A DNA stretch of 45,694 nt from Octopus sinensis (lineage: Eukaryota). This document shows, piece after piece, positions 25,134 through 36,735 of the stretch. The notes beneath the pieces were generated by a model. It made no database searches. It worked only from the letters and a program-made list of their open reading frames with translations, and had not been told where the DNA came from. Made by a program: the position numbers and the translations under genes. Every line of letters begins with the position of its first letter. Position 1 is the stretch's first letter. The DNA is taken from positions 1 to 45,694 of the forward strand of contig NW_021835327.1 in the NCBI RefSeq assembly GCF_006345805.1. Direction: 5' to 3'.

Positions 25134-25330
25134 CATACATACATACAATTATATATTTGCATATATCTATACATATATTATATATATATATATATTATAT
25201 ATATATATATATATTAATATATATATATATATACATACATTATATATTTGCATAATTATACATATATATTATAATATATATATAGATATATATATATATA
25301 TATTATATATGTGTTTTTCTCTCTCTGGTA

Positions 25331-25368
25331 TCTTTCTGTTGAAGAGCGTAGGCTCGAAACGTTAAAGA
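25331..25368 (+). ncRNA. Minimal type I hammerhead ribozyme motif, A6U core variant (HHR2)
   Basis: RNA UCUUU CUGUUGA A GAGC GUAG GCUC GAA AC GU U AAAGA: perfect stem I (5 bp) and stem II (4 bp plus tetraloop), loopless palindromic stem III (AACGUU), GUU triplet. Confidence 0.72.
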
Positions 25369-25468
25369 CTTGTTTTATTTATATTTCCTGAGCGCCATAC
25401 TAATACAATTGTTCGTTTGTTTTTCCACCTGCCTTCGTCTTTTGTTTATTTTCATAAGCTTCCCTTTA

Positions 25469-25512
<44 letters not shown>

Positions 25513-25535
25513 CAATTATATATTTGCATATATCT

Positions 25536-25580
<45 letters not shown>

Positions 25581-26100
25581 ATAATAATATATATATATAT
25601 ATATATACATACTTATACATATATATCTAAGTATATATTTAGACATTACTATCATCACTACACCCTCATCACCACCTTCACCACCACCATCACTACGACA
25701 ACCATGACCGCTTCCAACAACAACAACTATGCCATCCGATTGATTAACGAAAACGTTCTCTCGCCGACACGCTAGAGTAATTAACCTAAATTTGGGCCAA
25801 TGAGGGGACCCCATAAGCAGGGTTTCCTATCCATTCAGTATGACGTGGCGATTATCACTAATTATCTACAATCTTTATTTATTTACTCTCTTAGTTGTTT
25901 CTTTTCCATTTATATTTCATTTATTTCTTTCGGTCTTTGGAATATGGGTATCACAGAGCTCTGCTAACGAATCCATTCGAGTACTTATCATTTCCTTATT
26001 TAGAGCCCGATGCCTATTCTGTCGGTCTCTTTCTCGATGGTGGAGACAAACACATAGACACAATACAACCACCCACCCCCACACACACACACATATACAG

Positions 26101-26330
26101 GGTGGCGAGCTGGCAGAAACGTTAGCACGCCGGGCGAAATGCGTAGCCGTATTTCGTCTGCCGTTACGTTCTGAGTTCAAATTCCGCCGAGGTCGACTTT
26201 GCCATTCATCCTTTCGGGGTCGATAAATTAATTACCACTTACGCACTGGGGTCGATGTAATCTACTTAATCCGTTTGTTTGTCCTTGTTTGTCCCCTCTG
26301 TATTTAGCCCCTTGTGGGTAGTAAAGAAAT
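26101..26330 (+). mobile_element. SINE family B (B1 tail), young full-length copy with TSD
   Basis: Flanked by ATATACAGGGTGGC at 26093-26106 and 26333-26346; the left copy overlaps the SINE 5' end. Confidence 0.93.
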
Positions 26331-26337
26331 ATATATA

Positions 26338-26574
26338 CAGGGTGGCCCCAAATTAGGTTTACAGTTACCACGTAGGTACTTCAAATTACTTTTAAAACAT
26401 TTCATTGCATTTAAATTTCTATCTTACAAACTGAAAAGAGAGCTCGACAAAGCTAACAAAATTAGCAAAGAATAATGGTTTCATATTTTTCTTTTATAAT
26501 TAAGATCTAAACTGTATGAATGTGAAAGTGAAAGAGTTGAATAACTATAAACCTACTTTTGGGCCCCACCCCTG
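26338..26574. mobile_element. MITE, Tc1/mariner type (TA flanks, about 30-bp TIRs)
   Basis: Left end TA-CAGGGTGGCCCCAAATTAGGTTTACAGTT; right end reverse-complements to TA-CAGGGGTGGGGCCCAAAAGTAGGTTTATAGTT; 237 bp, non-coding. Confidence 0.82.
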
Positions 26575-26724
26575 TATATGTATGTATGTATATATGCATA
26601 CGCGATGGCTTTTTTCAGTTTCTGTCAATCAAATCCACTCACAAGGCTTTGGCAGGTTGGTGCTATTGTAGAAGATAGTTGCTCAAGGTAGTACAGCGTG
26701 GGACTGAACCCTGAACACTTATTA

Positions 26725-28560
26725 CACAGGGGAACACAATTTTCGTTGAGTCAGACCTAACACTTGTTTTTCACTAACTGTTGACCTCTAAATCCAAAAA
26801 TGACCACAATTTTTCCGTATCACGTCAAGTTTTTGAGTTACAGGATACACCTGCTTTGTCTCAAAGTCCATAAAAATAACGCACCTAATAAGTTTGTGCT
26901 TATTTTATAGAATATTCTAATATTTTACAATGTAAAATAATAAAACATTGTTTGACTCTATTGTTTGTACAAATTTATTTTGTTCACAATTTATTTTGTT
27001 ACTGTAAATCAAATTTTGTACAAGTAGTAAAGGTAGAAGTTTATTCTTATAGCATTTCTTGGAGTGTTTAATCTGATGACAATTTCACTTTATGCTCCAA
27101 CAAAAGTCAGCCATCATATTTACACCCCATGTATCCTGTTACCGTTCCCCCGCGACCTTCAAGTGAAGAGGTAGGAATATCATTTTATTTACGTTAACAA
27201 ATAGCTCGACAGACGTTGTAGGCTAATTTCTCTCCACCCAACACTTCTATCGAGCTTTGCTGTCCACATGTAGAGAAAGCTGGGTTACTCGGTGCATCAG
27301 CATTGCTAACCAAGAAGAAAGCGTACACAGATGGTCCAATTTTGTTTGGGGTTATGCGACAACTCAATGACTCTCTTTATGTCACCACATACTTCACGAG
27401 AACGAACTAAATGCTCAATTGGGACTACATCAAATAAATTGCCTGTGTGGAGAAGGACACACTTTAAACTCCGTTTTGAGCAATCGTTGAACAGCCGCCA
27501 TTCAGCTGAATTGTAAACTGGGATTCTCATTTCCTCCAGTAAACCCTGCAGGTTATGACAATACACAAACTTCGAATGCACTTCGAATGCACTGCAGAAA
27601 TTCACTTTCCCTGGTTCGAAAGTAGAATACCCTTTGTTCATTTTCCAAGTAAGTTTTTCTCATTCAGTCTCGTTGCTGGGGGTTTTGAAGCCTTTTTCTT
27701 TTTTTTTGATCGTCCCAAATCTCTTACCAAATCATTCAACTTGTGCTGATCGAATGCCTTACAAGGTGAATCGTTATCAATTTCAGAATCCGGATCATTG
27801 CTGCCTCTCAGTTTTTCTTCCTGATCTATATCTTCAAGAAAGAGAAGTCGAACGAAAGCAGGTGTTGGGATTTCAACTGAAGGAAATACAACGTGTAAAA
27901 GCTGATGCTAGATTAGGATATACAATTTTACATTTATTTTCCTTGTTATATTCTGAAGTTTTCACTAAACAAATATAACAGTCAGTACCATGATCGTTTT
28001 GTGGAGGCGCAATGGCCCAGTGGTTAGGGCAGTGGACTTGCGGTCGAAGGAACGCGGTTTCGATTCCCAGACCGGGCGTTGTGTGTGTTTATTGAGCGAA
28101 AACACCTAAAAGCTCCACGAGGCTCTGGCAGGAGTGGTGGCGACCCCTGTTGTACTCTTTCGTCACAACTTTCTCTCACTCTCTCTTCCTGTTTCTTGAG
28201 TAACGCTGCGATGGACTGGCGTCCCGTCCAGCTGAGGGGAACACATACGCCACAGAAACCGGGAAACCGGGCCCATGAACCTGGCTAGGCTTGAAAAGGG
28301 CAACGTTTAAGTTTTTACCATGATCATTTGGCTCTTGCCAATTCATAAGTGTATCAAATGACAACTTATCACGTGGGTCCACATCCGTAAGCTCTCGACA
28401 CACTGCTTGCAACCTTTGTGGGGGATTCAAGACTTCTCTTGGTCACCAGTTTTTACGTTAAAATATCCAAAATAGCAAGACTTCCAACTTGCGCTGATGT
28501 GTGCCCATTAACTGGGATTGGTGAAACTTCCACAGATTTAACAAAAGAGAAGTAACAGAC
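26725..28560 (-). mobile_element. Decayed DNA transposon, Chapaev3-like (CMC) transposase relic
   Basis: Ordered motifs on the minus strand: FC*ICGSFT (about 28520-28546), GDQEKS*IPHKGCKQCVESLRMW, NWQEPNDHG-[SINE]-TDCYICLVK...IVYPNLASA, EWRLFNDCSKRSLKCVLLHTGN, WGVNMMADFCWSIK (27088-27129); CAC terminus at 26725. Superfamily name is from recalled motifs. Confidence 0.8.
28003..28315 (+). mobile_element. SINE family E, full-length with 14-bp TSD
   Basis: A-box TGGCCCAGTGG, B-box-like GGTTTCGATTCC, gcgatggactggcgtcccgtccag segment; TSD TACCATGATC(G/A)TTT at 27986-27999 and 28316-28329. Confidence 0.92.
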
Positions 28561-29279
28561 GGAGATATGATCTGAAAGGAAAGGAGTAAGTATGGGGATA
28601 AAAAGTTAGTAGAACAGTCATGAACGTAGAGAAGCAAAAACAAAATGCTTACATAAGATCTGCTAACCCCTTGCATACAGATTTTTATGAATTGTTTGCA
28701 GAATACAATAGTAATCACCTATATAGAGCAACCACAGCGGTTTATAAACACTATCCCAGATAAACATGTGTATTCCGCATGAGTTTATATAGACGTTTAT
28801 CCCAAAATGATTATACATATATACACAATCATAGAAATAAACCATACAAGCATATATACTTTCACACAAGTAGACCATAATTAACAAGAACAGGATGGAA
28901 ACTTAGGCCTTAGACCCCAGAACAGAATCCCTCCACATTTGAAACCAACAGTTCACTCACTTCAAAGCCTTGCCATCTCTTCTCCACAACATTAATTCTC
29001 ATTGTTCGATATTTACGTACATACATACGTGTGTATATATATATATATATATTATATATATATATAGACGTATACATACACACACACATATATATAATTA
29101 CATATATACACACACACACACACATATGCCTCTCCATGTGCGTATATATCTGTGTGTTTTAGGGAGATGGGTATGTGTACGCAATACAGTAGGATTCCAA
29201 ACAGGAACCGTCAATCAAATTCATTTACAAGGTATTGGCCAGCCAGTGGTTACAGTAGGAAACACATGCCCATAGATTC

Positions 29280-29358
29280 TTGTTGTTGTTGTGTTGTTGT
29301 TGTTGTTGTTGTTGTTGTTCTTCTTCTTCTTCTTCTTCTTCTTCTTCTTCTTCTTCTA

Positions 29359-29400
<42 letters not shown>
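29280..29400. repeat. Compound (TTG)n(TTC)n(TAC)n microsatellite
   Basis: Three abutting pure trinucleotide blocks. Confidence 0.95.
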
Positions 29401-29402
<2 letters not shown>

Positions 29403-29430
29403 TCATTATTTAATATTAGTATTATTTAAT

Positions 29431-29886
29431 CTGCATGTTTGTTATAATCACTTGCCGAGACACACCCAATATCCAAGGGCGAGTGAAGGCTCTTACAATA
29501 AGACTGAAAGCTTGGGAAGGGCAAATAGCTGAGGCAGTAGCGAAAAATCTTCATGTAATACAACACAGACATTTAAATTGAAAGGCTTTTTTCTAAGGAT
29601 GTGGGCAGTACTTGCTAGCACAATCTTTTGGGTTTTTGTGAGACATGGTTCCCCTGGGATATTATCTAGATGCTTCTGACATCCCTTTCTTATCATACCT
29701 AGGGCACCCACAATAACAGGAACAGCTCTTGCTTTAGGATGCCACATCTTTTGTATTTCAATTTTCAGGTCCTTATATTTAATTAATTTGTCAAATTCCT
29801 TTACAGATATATTTTTATCAGTGGGAACACTTACATCTATTAGCCTACAAGTATTTTCTTCCCTGTCTTTAATGACTGTCTGGTCG

Positions 29887-29889
<3 letters not shown>
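29431..29889 (-). mobile_element. 3' end of an RLE-type non-LTR retrotransposon (R4/Dong-like)
   Basis: NRPD, then a 2-nt frameshift, then VIKDREENTCRLIDVSVPTDKNISVKEFDKLIKYKDLKIEIQKMWHPKARAVPVIVGALG...STAHILRK: a PD-(D/E)xK restriction-like endonuclease domain. About 150-bp 3' UTR; TAA-type repeats on both sides. Confidence 0.9.
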
Positions 29890-29943
<54 letters not shown>

Positions 29944-30047
29944 GAGTGAGAGAGCAGTGCATGCCATCAAAGTGACACTGGGGTAAAATTATACGAAGCC
30001 AATATACCCATCATGACTACCCGTCTGATAAAGGTACACCAGGCACA

Positions 30048-30119
<72 letters not shown>

Positions 30120-30506
30120 ATTATTAATATTATTATTAATATTATTATTATTATTATTATTATTATTATGATAAATTATTAATTATTATTATTATTATTA
30201 TTATTATATTATTATTATTATTATTATTATTATATTATTATTATTAATATTATTTAATATATATATTATTATTTATTATTAATATTATTAATATTATTAT
30301 TATTATATTATTATTATATTAATCTTATTAATTTATCATTATTATTATTATTATTATTTTATAATATTATTAATATTATTATTATTATTATTATTATTAT
30401 ATTATATTATATTAATATTATTAATATTATCATTATATTATTATTATATTATTATTAATATTATTAATATTATTTTATATATTATTATTATTATTAATAT
30501 TATTAA

Positions 30507-30537
<31 letters not shown>

Positions 30538-30593
30538 ATATTAATATTATCATTATTATTATATTATTATATTATTATTATTAATATTATTAA

Positions 30594-30624
<31 letters not shown>

Positions 30625-30800
30625 ATTATTAATATTATTATTATTATTATATATTATTATTTTATTAATATTATTTTAATATTATTTTTATTATTATTAT
30701 CATTATTATTATCATTATCATTATTATATTATTATTATATTATTATGATTATTAATGTTGTTGTTATTACTATTATCATTATCATTATTATTGTTATTAT
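29887..30800. repeat. About 900-bp (TAA)n array, pure then degenerate, with one unique island
   Basis: Directly visible. Confidence 0.95.
29944..30047 (-). mobile_element. 104-bp island in (TAA)n, probable 3' end of a second TAA-associated retroelement
   Basis: Unique sequence ending ...gcactgctctctcactc-aataataat on the minus strand, with TAA repeats on both sides; identity inferred from context. Confidence 0.55.
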
Positions 30801-31154
30801 TATTTAACCGACAAAGAAGTTTTATGATGTTTAACTACACACATACCCGTGCACAGGTACACTCATGCGCACGCGCACACACACACACACACATACACGC
30901 ACACACACACAAGCAAATTCATGCGTACACATGCACGTTCTTTGACACATACACATACACACATACACGCTTACGTATGCATACGACTAAGTGTCTCTGT
31001 GCATGTGTAGACATGTACCAGCGGGCGTGTGCGCAGAGACAATATGGAAGTTGCATGAACCGGGAACAGAATGCGTCTAATAGAATTTGCAGTAGCATTG
31101 CACGTATACATACATACATATGGTGTATTATATATATATATATAAATATATTAT

Positions 31155-31199
<45 letters not shown>

Positions 31200-31311
31200 G
31201 TATATATATATATATATATATATAGGTAGGTCCCGGGTTGATCCGGGGTTAACCACAGTAAATAAGGTACTCAATACATAGCAGAGTAAAATTAATTTAT
31301 TATATAGAAGG

Positions 31312-31362
31312 AGCTTCTACAGGACTAGAACTGTTTCATTCAAGAGAAATCTTCAGGAAGCT
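31312..31362 (-). ncRNA. Complete type I hammerhead ribozyme fold (HHR3)
   Basis: RNA AGCUUC CUGAAGA UUUC UCUU GAAU GAA ACAG UUCUAGUC CUGU A GAAGCU: stem I 6 bp, canonical core, stem II 3 bp with a U.U at the 10.1/11.1 position, stem III 4 bp with 8-nt loop, GUA triplet. Confidence 0.8.
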
Positions 31363-32524
31363 AGTTAACAAGAATTGTATTGGCATTTATACATTTAGGC
31401 AGGTTTAAAGGGGTGTGTGGTGGGGGACTTTTTGGGGGTAGGCATAGCGCAAAAAATCATACTTGGGGGAGTGGTCAAGGAGTCAGTGTTAAATTAGATA
31501 GGAGGATAAATAAAAAAAAAAAAAAAATAAAAATAAAAATAAATAAAATTAAAAAAAAAAAAAAATAAAAATAAAAATATAAAAAAATAAAAATAAAAAT
31601 AAAAATTAAAAAAAAAAATAATAAATAAAAAATAAAAAAAATAAAATATATATATTATATATATTATATATATATATATAAAGGGGGGAATAGAGTTTTA
31701 GGTAAATAAGGAGATTCTCACTTAACTCTAAACATACACACATATATACACTCACACATACATATACATATACACATACACATATATATGTATTACATAA
31801 CACACTCACTTGCATACACGTATACACACATGTATATAATACACACACGACCACACATACATATAACACAGAAAAATATATATATACACATACACACACA
31901 TACTCACATACACGCATACACACACAAATCCATACACACCACATAGCACACCACAGCACCTAGTCCCCTATACACATATATACACATACACACATATATA
32001 TACACCCACACATACACATACATACACATATATATACATACATACACATACATATACATATATTATACATACACATATATATATATATATATACACATAT
32101 ATATACATATGTGTACCCATGCATACATACACTACACAACATATATATATATACAATATACAAATACAGACCCATTCCACTATTTTAATTTTATTATCTT
32201 CGTTTATACTTTTGTTATCTTGGCCGCTTGGTCACAAACAATCTTGGCTATGACAGCCAGACCATTATCCGTCTACTGGAAAAACAATTACTCATTCACT
32301 CACGCACACTCTTTAGCACGTACACTCAACATTCGTACACTCATACGCATACACGCACGCACGCGTTATATTCATACATACATACATCTACATACATTCA
32401 CGTATATACACATACGTACGCGTACTACAGATTCATGTCTACACTCTTAGAAGGCTAGTCTATACTATACACCATAAATATAAATACACACAAATACATG
32501 TACACCTACATACAAATACATACA

Positions 32525-32570
<46 letters not shown>

Positions 32571-32710
32571 GCGTACCTACAGATCATGTCTACACTCTTA
32601 GAAGGCTAGTTATACATATACACCAATAAATATAAATACACAACATACATGTACACCTACATACAAATACATACATGTACACATATATACATACATATAT
32701 ATATATGTAT

Positions 32711-32743
<33 letters not shown>

Positions 32744-33012
32744 TATACAATATATATATTCATACTAACAGCATACTCAAAAAATAAGTAAATAGTAAAT
32801 ATATATACGCGCAGTTATTCATACATGCATACTCAAAAAAATAAATATAAGTATATGTACGTGCAGTTACTATTATATAGACGGATACATACATATATAA
32901 ACTTACACACATAGTATATATATAATATATATATATACATACACATACATACATATATACACCATATATATATAAATATATACATACACACATAACACCT
33001 ACATATACCCAT

Positions 33013-33046
<34 letters not shown>

Positions 33047-33284
33047 TATATACACACACACACACATACACATACAATACATACACATACATACATATAT
33101 ATACATACTTACACATGTACATATAAATACACACATAGATAACTCTACGTACCTACACATACTAAAAACACACGAGCGTACGCGCATATGTACATATACA
33201 CATACCCATGCACACGCAATATATATACATACATACATCAATACACACAGGTATACACACACACTCAAATACAACATATATATA

Positions 33285-33333
<49 letters not shown>

Positions 33334-33334
33334 C

Positions 33335-33386
<52 letters not shown>

Positions 33387-33424
33387 TATATATATATAAT
33401 ATATATTATACATAATATATATAC

Positions 33425-33461
<37 letters not shown>

Positions 33462-34112
33462 ATATATATATATTTATAGATATATATATATATAATTGAT
33501 ACAAAACTTTGGCCTACGTGAAAAATCGAAAAGGCGAATAGAGACTAGTTGCTGTGTGTTGGTGAAACATGGGAGATAGAGTGGTGTAGTGTGAGGTGGA
33601 ATGGAAAGGAAGGGGGAGAGGAAAAGGAGTGTGGTGGGAGTGGGAGATGAAGTGAGGGGTGTGACTATAATCAATGTAGTGTAAAATACCTCCCACCTCA
33701 CCACGGCAACCCCCTTTCATCCCCCCTGCCTTCCGTGCGTTTGAGGTCCGATCGTCATACACACACACACATCCACGAGCGCACACTCCATGTTAGCTTT
33801 CTAAACAAAACGCTTCTCTTTTTAACCATTGCGGTTCTCTCTCTCTCTCTCCCTTTCTCTCCCAACATTCTCTCACTCTCTTTCCCTCGCACTTTGCTTA
33901 TGGGTGCGCGTGCATGTGTGTGTGTGTGTATATAGAATTACATGCAAATCTATCTATCTCTATCTATCTCAATATATATGTATGTATGTATAGTGTGTAT
34001 GTATGTATGTGTATATATATATATATATATATGCGTATATATATAAACATATATATATACGTATACATTTACATGCATCTTTCTGTCTGTCTCTCTTTCT
34101 CTCTCTCTCTCT

Positions 34113-34144
<32 letters not shown>

Positions 34145-34464
34145 TACACACACACACGCACACACATACACTCTTATAACTCACACATATATCTGTCTTA
34201 CTTTCTATTTCTATGTCCCTCCTCTCTGTCTGTCTGTCTGTCTGTCTCTCTCCTCTCTCTCTCTCTCTTTCTCTGTCTGTCTCTCTGTCTCTCTCTCTCT
34301 CTTGCCAATAAATCCATTGATAATCTATAGTTTTCGATGTTATCAGAAAACAAAATTTTTAAAAAATGACAAAAATAACCAAAAATCTGCAAAATGAAAT
34401 TCGAAGATAAAAAAAAAATCTATTCTATACTTTTAGAGGAACCAAGAAAAATAACATCACCACC

Positions 34465-34496
<32 letters not shown>

Positions 34497-34543
34497 ATGC
34501 ACCACATCTTCTACTACTACTACATGCACCACATCTACTACTA

Positions 34544-34576
<33 letters not shown>

Positions 34577-35099
34577 CACTACTACTGTAGCAAAAAGCAC
34601 AAGTCAAAAGAACAAAAATGTATAAGTTTTACTTGAAACACCAAACGAAATAAGATATAATGACAAGAAAATGTTTCTTAATGATTCACGCAAAAGGTGA
34701 AAAATATTGGAAAGAAAAATTGCAGAATAAAAATAAGAAATAAAAAGAGTAAATGAAAATGCCAGGCGAAAATTGAACTTAAATTCAATCTTTACTTTTC
34801 ATTCTTCTGGGATCGATAAGTAAAGTATCAGTCACATATTGATATCGATTAATCTCCGTTTTTCCTATCCTTCATTGTCTTCTCATCTGTTTGTCTATTA
34901 ATCAGTTAATGTGTCGATCGATGTCTGTCTGTCTGTCCTTTTTCTCTCTGTCTCACTCCCTCTCTCTACAATCGCCTACTCCCTCTCATTTTTCTGTCTC
35001 TTCCTCCCGTCCGTCCTCTCCCGCACTCACTATGTGAGAAATTATAGCGAGGGATTCTCATCACAAGGTCTCTTTCCGCCGAAATGAAGACGAGTTGAT

Positions 35100-35495
35100 T
35101 GAGGGGGCTTAGATAACGAAATCTGAGGTGGCTGCGAAGATTCCGAAATGACACAATTCAGACGAGAACGAGCAGCTTGAGAATTAGTGACGAAATAAGA
35201 GGCTGGGGCTGGATCGGGCACATCCTCAGACAAGATCGGGAAAGGGATTGTATGGTGGCACCGAAGTGACAGCCTGAGAGGAAAAGAGCGACAGCAAGGA
35301 GCCTTAAAACCCCCACGTAGTGAAGGACTATTGGCAAGAGAAGGAAATGAGAAGGGCGGAGAAGCATAGAATGGGACCAGAACAGTGACAGAAAACAGAA
35401 CTAGCGGGAGAGATCGTATTGCAGGCTTATGTGACTCATGCCGGAGAAAGATCGAACTGACTATCAAACTAATAAACTAATTAACTTACTAGCTA
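35100..35495 (+). mobile_element. Decayed 3' end of an RTE-clade-like LINE
   Basis: From 35198: RGWGWIGHILRQDRERDCMVAPK*QPERKR...GRDRIAGLC, resembling the RTE C-terminal W.WIGH.LR...W.P.GKR...ALC pattern; degenerate short-repeat tail. Confidence 0.72.
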
Positions 35496-35575
35496 ATTAT
35501 CATTATTATTTGGGGGTTGGGGTTGTTATTTTTTTATATTTTATATTTATATTTTTATATTTATATTTTTATATA

Positions 35576-35898
35576 GGCGCAGGAGTGGCTGTGTGCTAAG
35601 TAGCTTGCTTACCAACCACATGGTTCCGGGTTCAGTCCCACTGCGTGGCATCTTGGGCAAGTGTCTTCTACTATAGCCTCGGGCCGACCAAAGCCTTGTG
35701 AGTGGATTTGGTAGACGGAAACTGGAAGAAGCCCGTCGTATATGTATATATGTATATGTGTGTATATGTTTGTGTGTCTGTTTGTTCCCCCAACATCGCT
35801 TGACAACCGACGTTTGGTGTATTTACGTACTCCGTAACTTAGTGGCTCGGTAAAAGAGACCGATAGAATAAGCACTAGGCTTACTAAGAATAAGTCCT
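35576..35898 (+). mobile_element. SINE family A, young, 3'-truncated
   Basis: Intact head ggcgcaggagtggctgtgtg; very similar to 37738-38130 until an abrupt end at taagtcct. Confidence 0.92.
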
Positions 35899-35899
35899 T

Positions 35900-36200
35900 T
35901 GGGCGAGTGTCTTAAAGGAACCCTTCAACTATTCAACTTCACCGCAATCATCAACAGAAACCGCTTTATTCGCTGTTGGTTAGGTAGCGCGCCATCTGAA
36001 ACTGCTCTTCAGTTTTCTCCCACTCACGACCTCACGGGACCCCAAAGCTATGTATCCCCACAAAATCGTCACTTGGTGCGGACCACCCCATCCTTCCAGC
36101 TATGCTACTGTTTATCAGAGAAAGAATTAGATCGAATCTCTGCAGAGCGGATCTTCCAGGTAATGACGATTTTTAGATGACACTGAGACATTTCGATCAT
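35900..36200 (-). pseudogene. Possible very old Tc1-like transposase relic
   Basis: Faint ordered motifs on the minus strand resembling FSDE, GG...WG and FQ.DGA, with stops and frameshifts. Confidence 0.28.
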
Positions 36201-36544
36201 CCCAGCGTTTGATACGAGCAAAGTCACTAATAGCGTTGATTAGTGTCAATGTAGCCGTCCTTTCACCTGTACTTTTGGTTTGGTACAAACTGTCATAGTA
36301 TAATTTTTTCAGGTTGAGAGAGCTATCCAGTTAAAGATCGTTTCATTATTGAGTGAAACTGAATGCTAAGGTCTTTCATAAAATGTCTGTTCCGCAGTAG
36401 CGCAAAGGAGGGAACTTATCGCATGGAACGATTCCCCTAAAATTCCACTCCATCATTATTCTGACAGCTTTCTTCAACGAAAAGTGTTATTGTTCCCCAT
36501 AGAGTTTCCTCTATAGGCTCTACTAATTTCCAATAAGAATGGCT

Positions 36545-36735
36545 TCAAATGTTGGCATAAAATCAGCAATCGTGCGAGGAGGTTAGTTGATTTCATCGAT
36601 CTCGGTGCTCAACTGGTATTTATTTTATTGACCCCAGATTTGACCTCGACGGGATTTGAACTCGAAACGTAAAGTGTCGGAAAGGAAAGCTACTAATCAT
36701 TTTGTTCGACGCGCTAAAGATTCTACCAGTTCGCC
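36545..36735 (-). mobile_element. SINE family B (B2 tail), old copy
   Basis: catcgatctcggtgctcaactggtatt ... gacctcgacgggatttgaactc ... ttctaccagttcgcc. Confidence 0.8.

Larger units (their letters stand above)
25980..26722 (-). mobile_element. SINE family A host copy, interrupted by a MITE and a SINE B
   Basis: 3' part at about 25980-26060 (tattctgtcggtctcttt ... gatggtggagacaaacac) and 5' part at about 26600-26722 (cagtttctgtcaatcaaatccactcacaaggctttgg ... gggactgaacc). Confidence 0.7.

Noticed and set aside
28003-28080. tRNA-like sequence with A and B boxes
   Set aside because: No closed acceptor stem; continues into a SINE body with a TSD. The same applies to the other tRNA-like heads, so no true tRNA gene is called.
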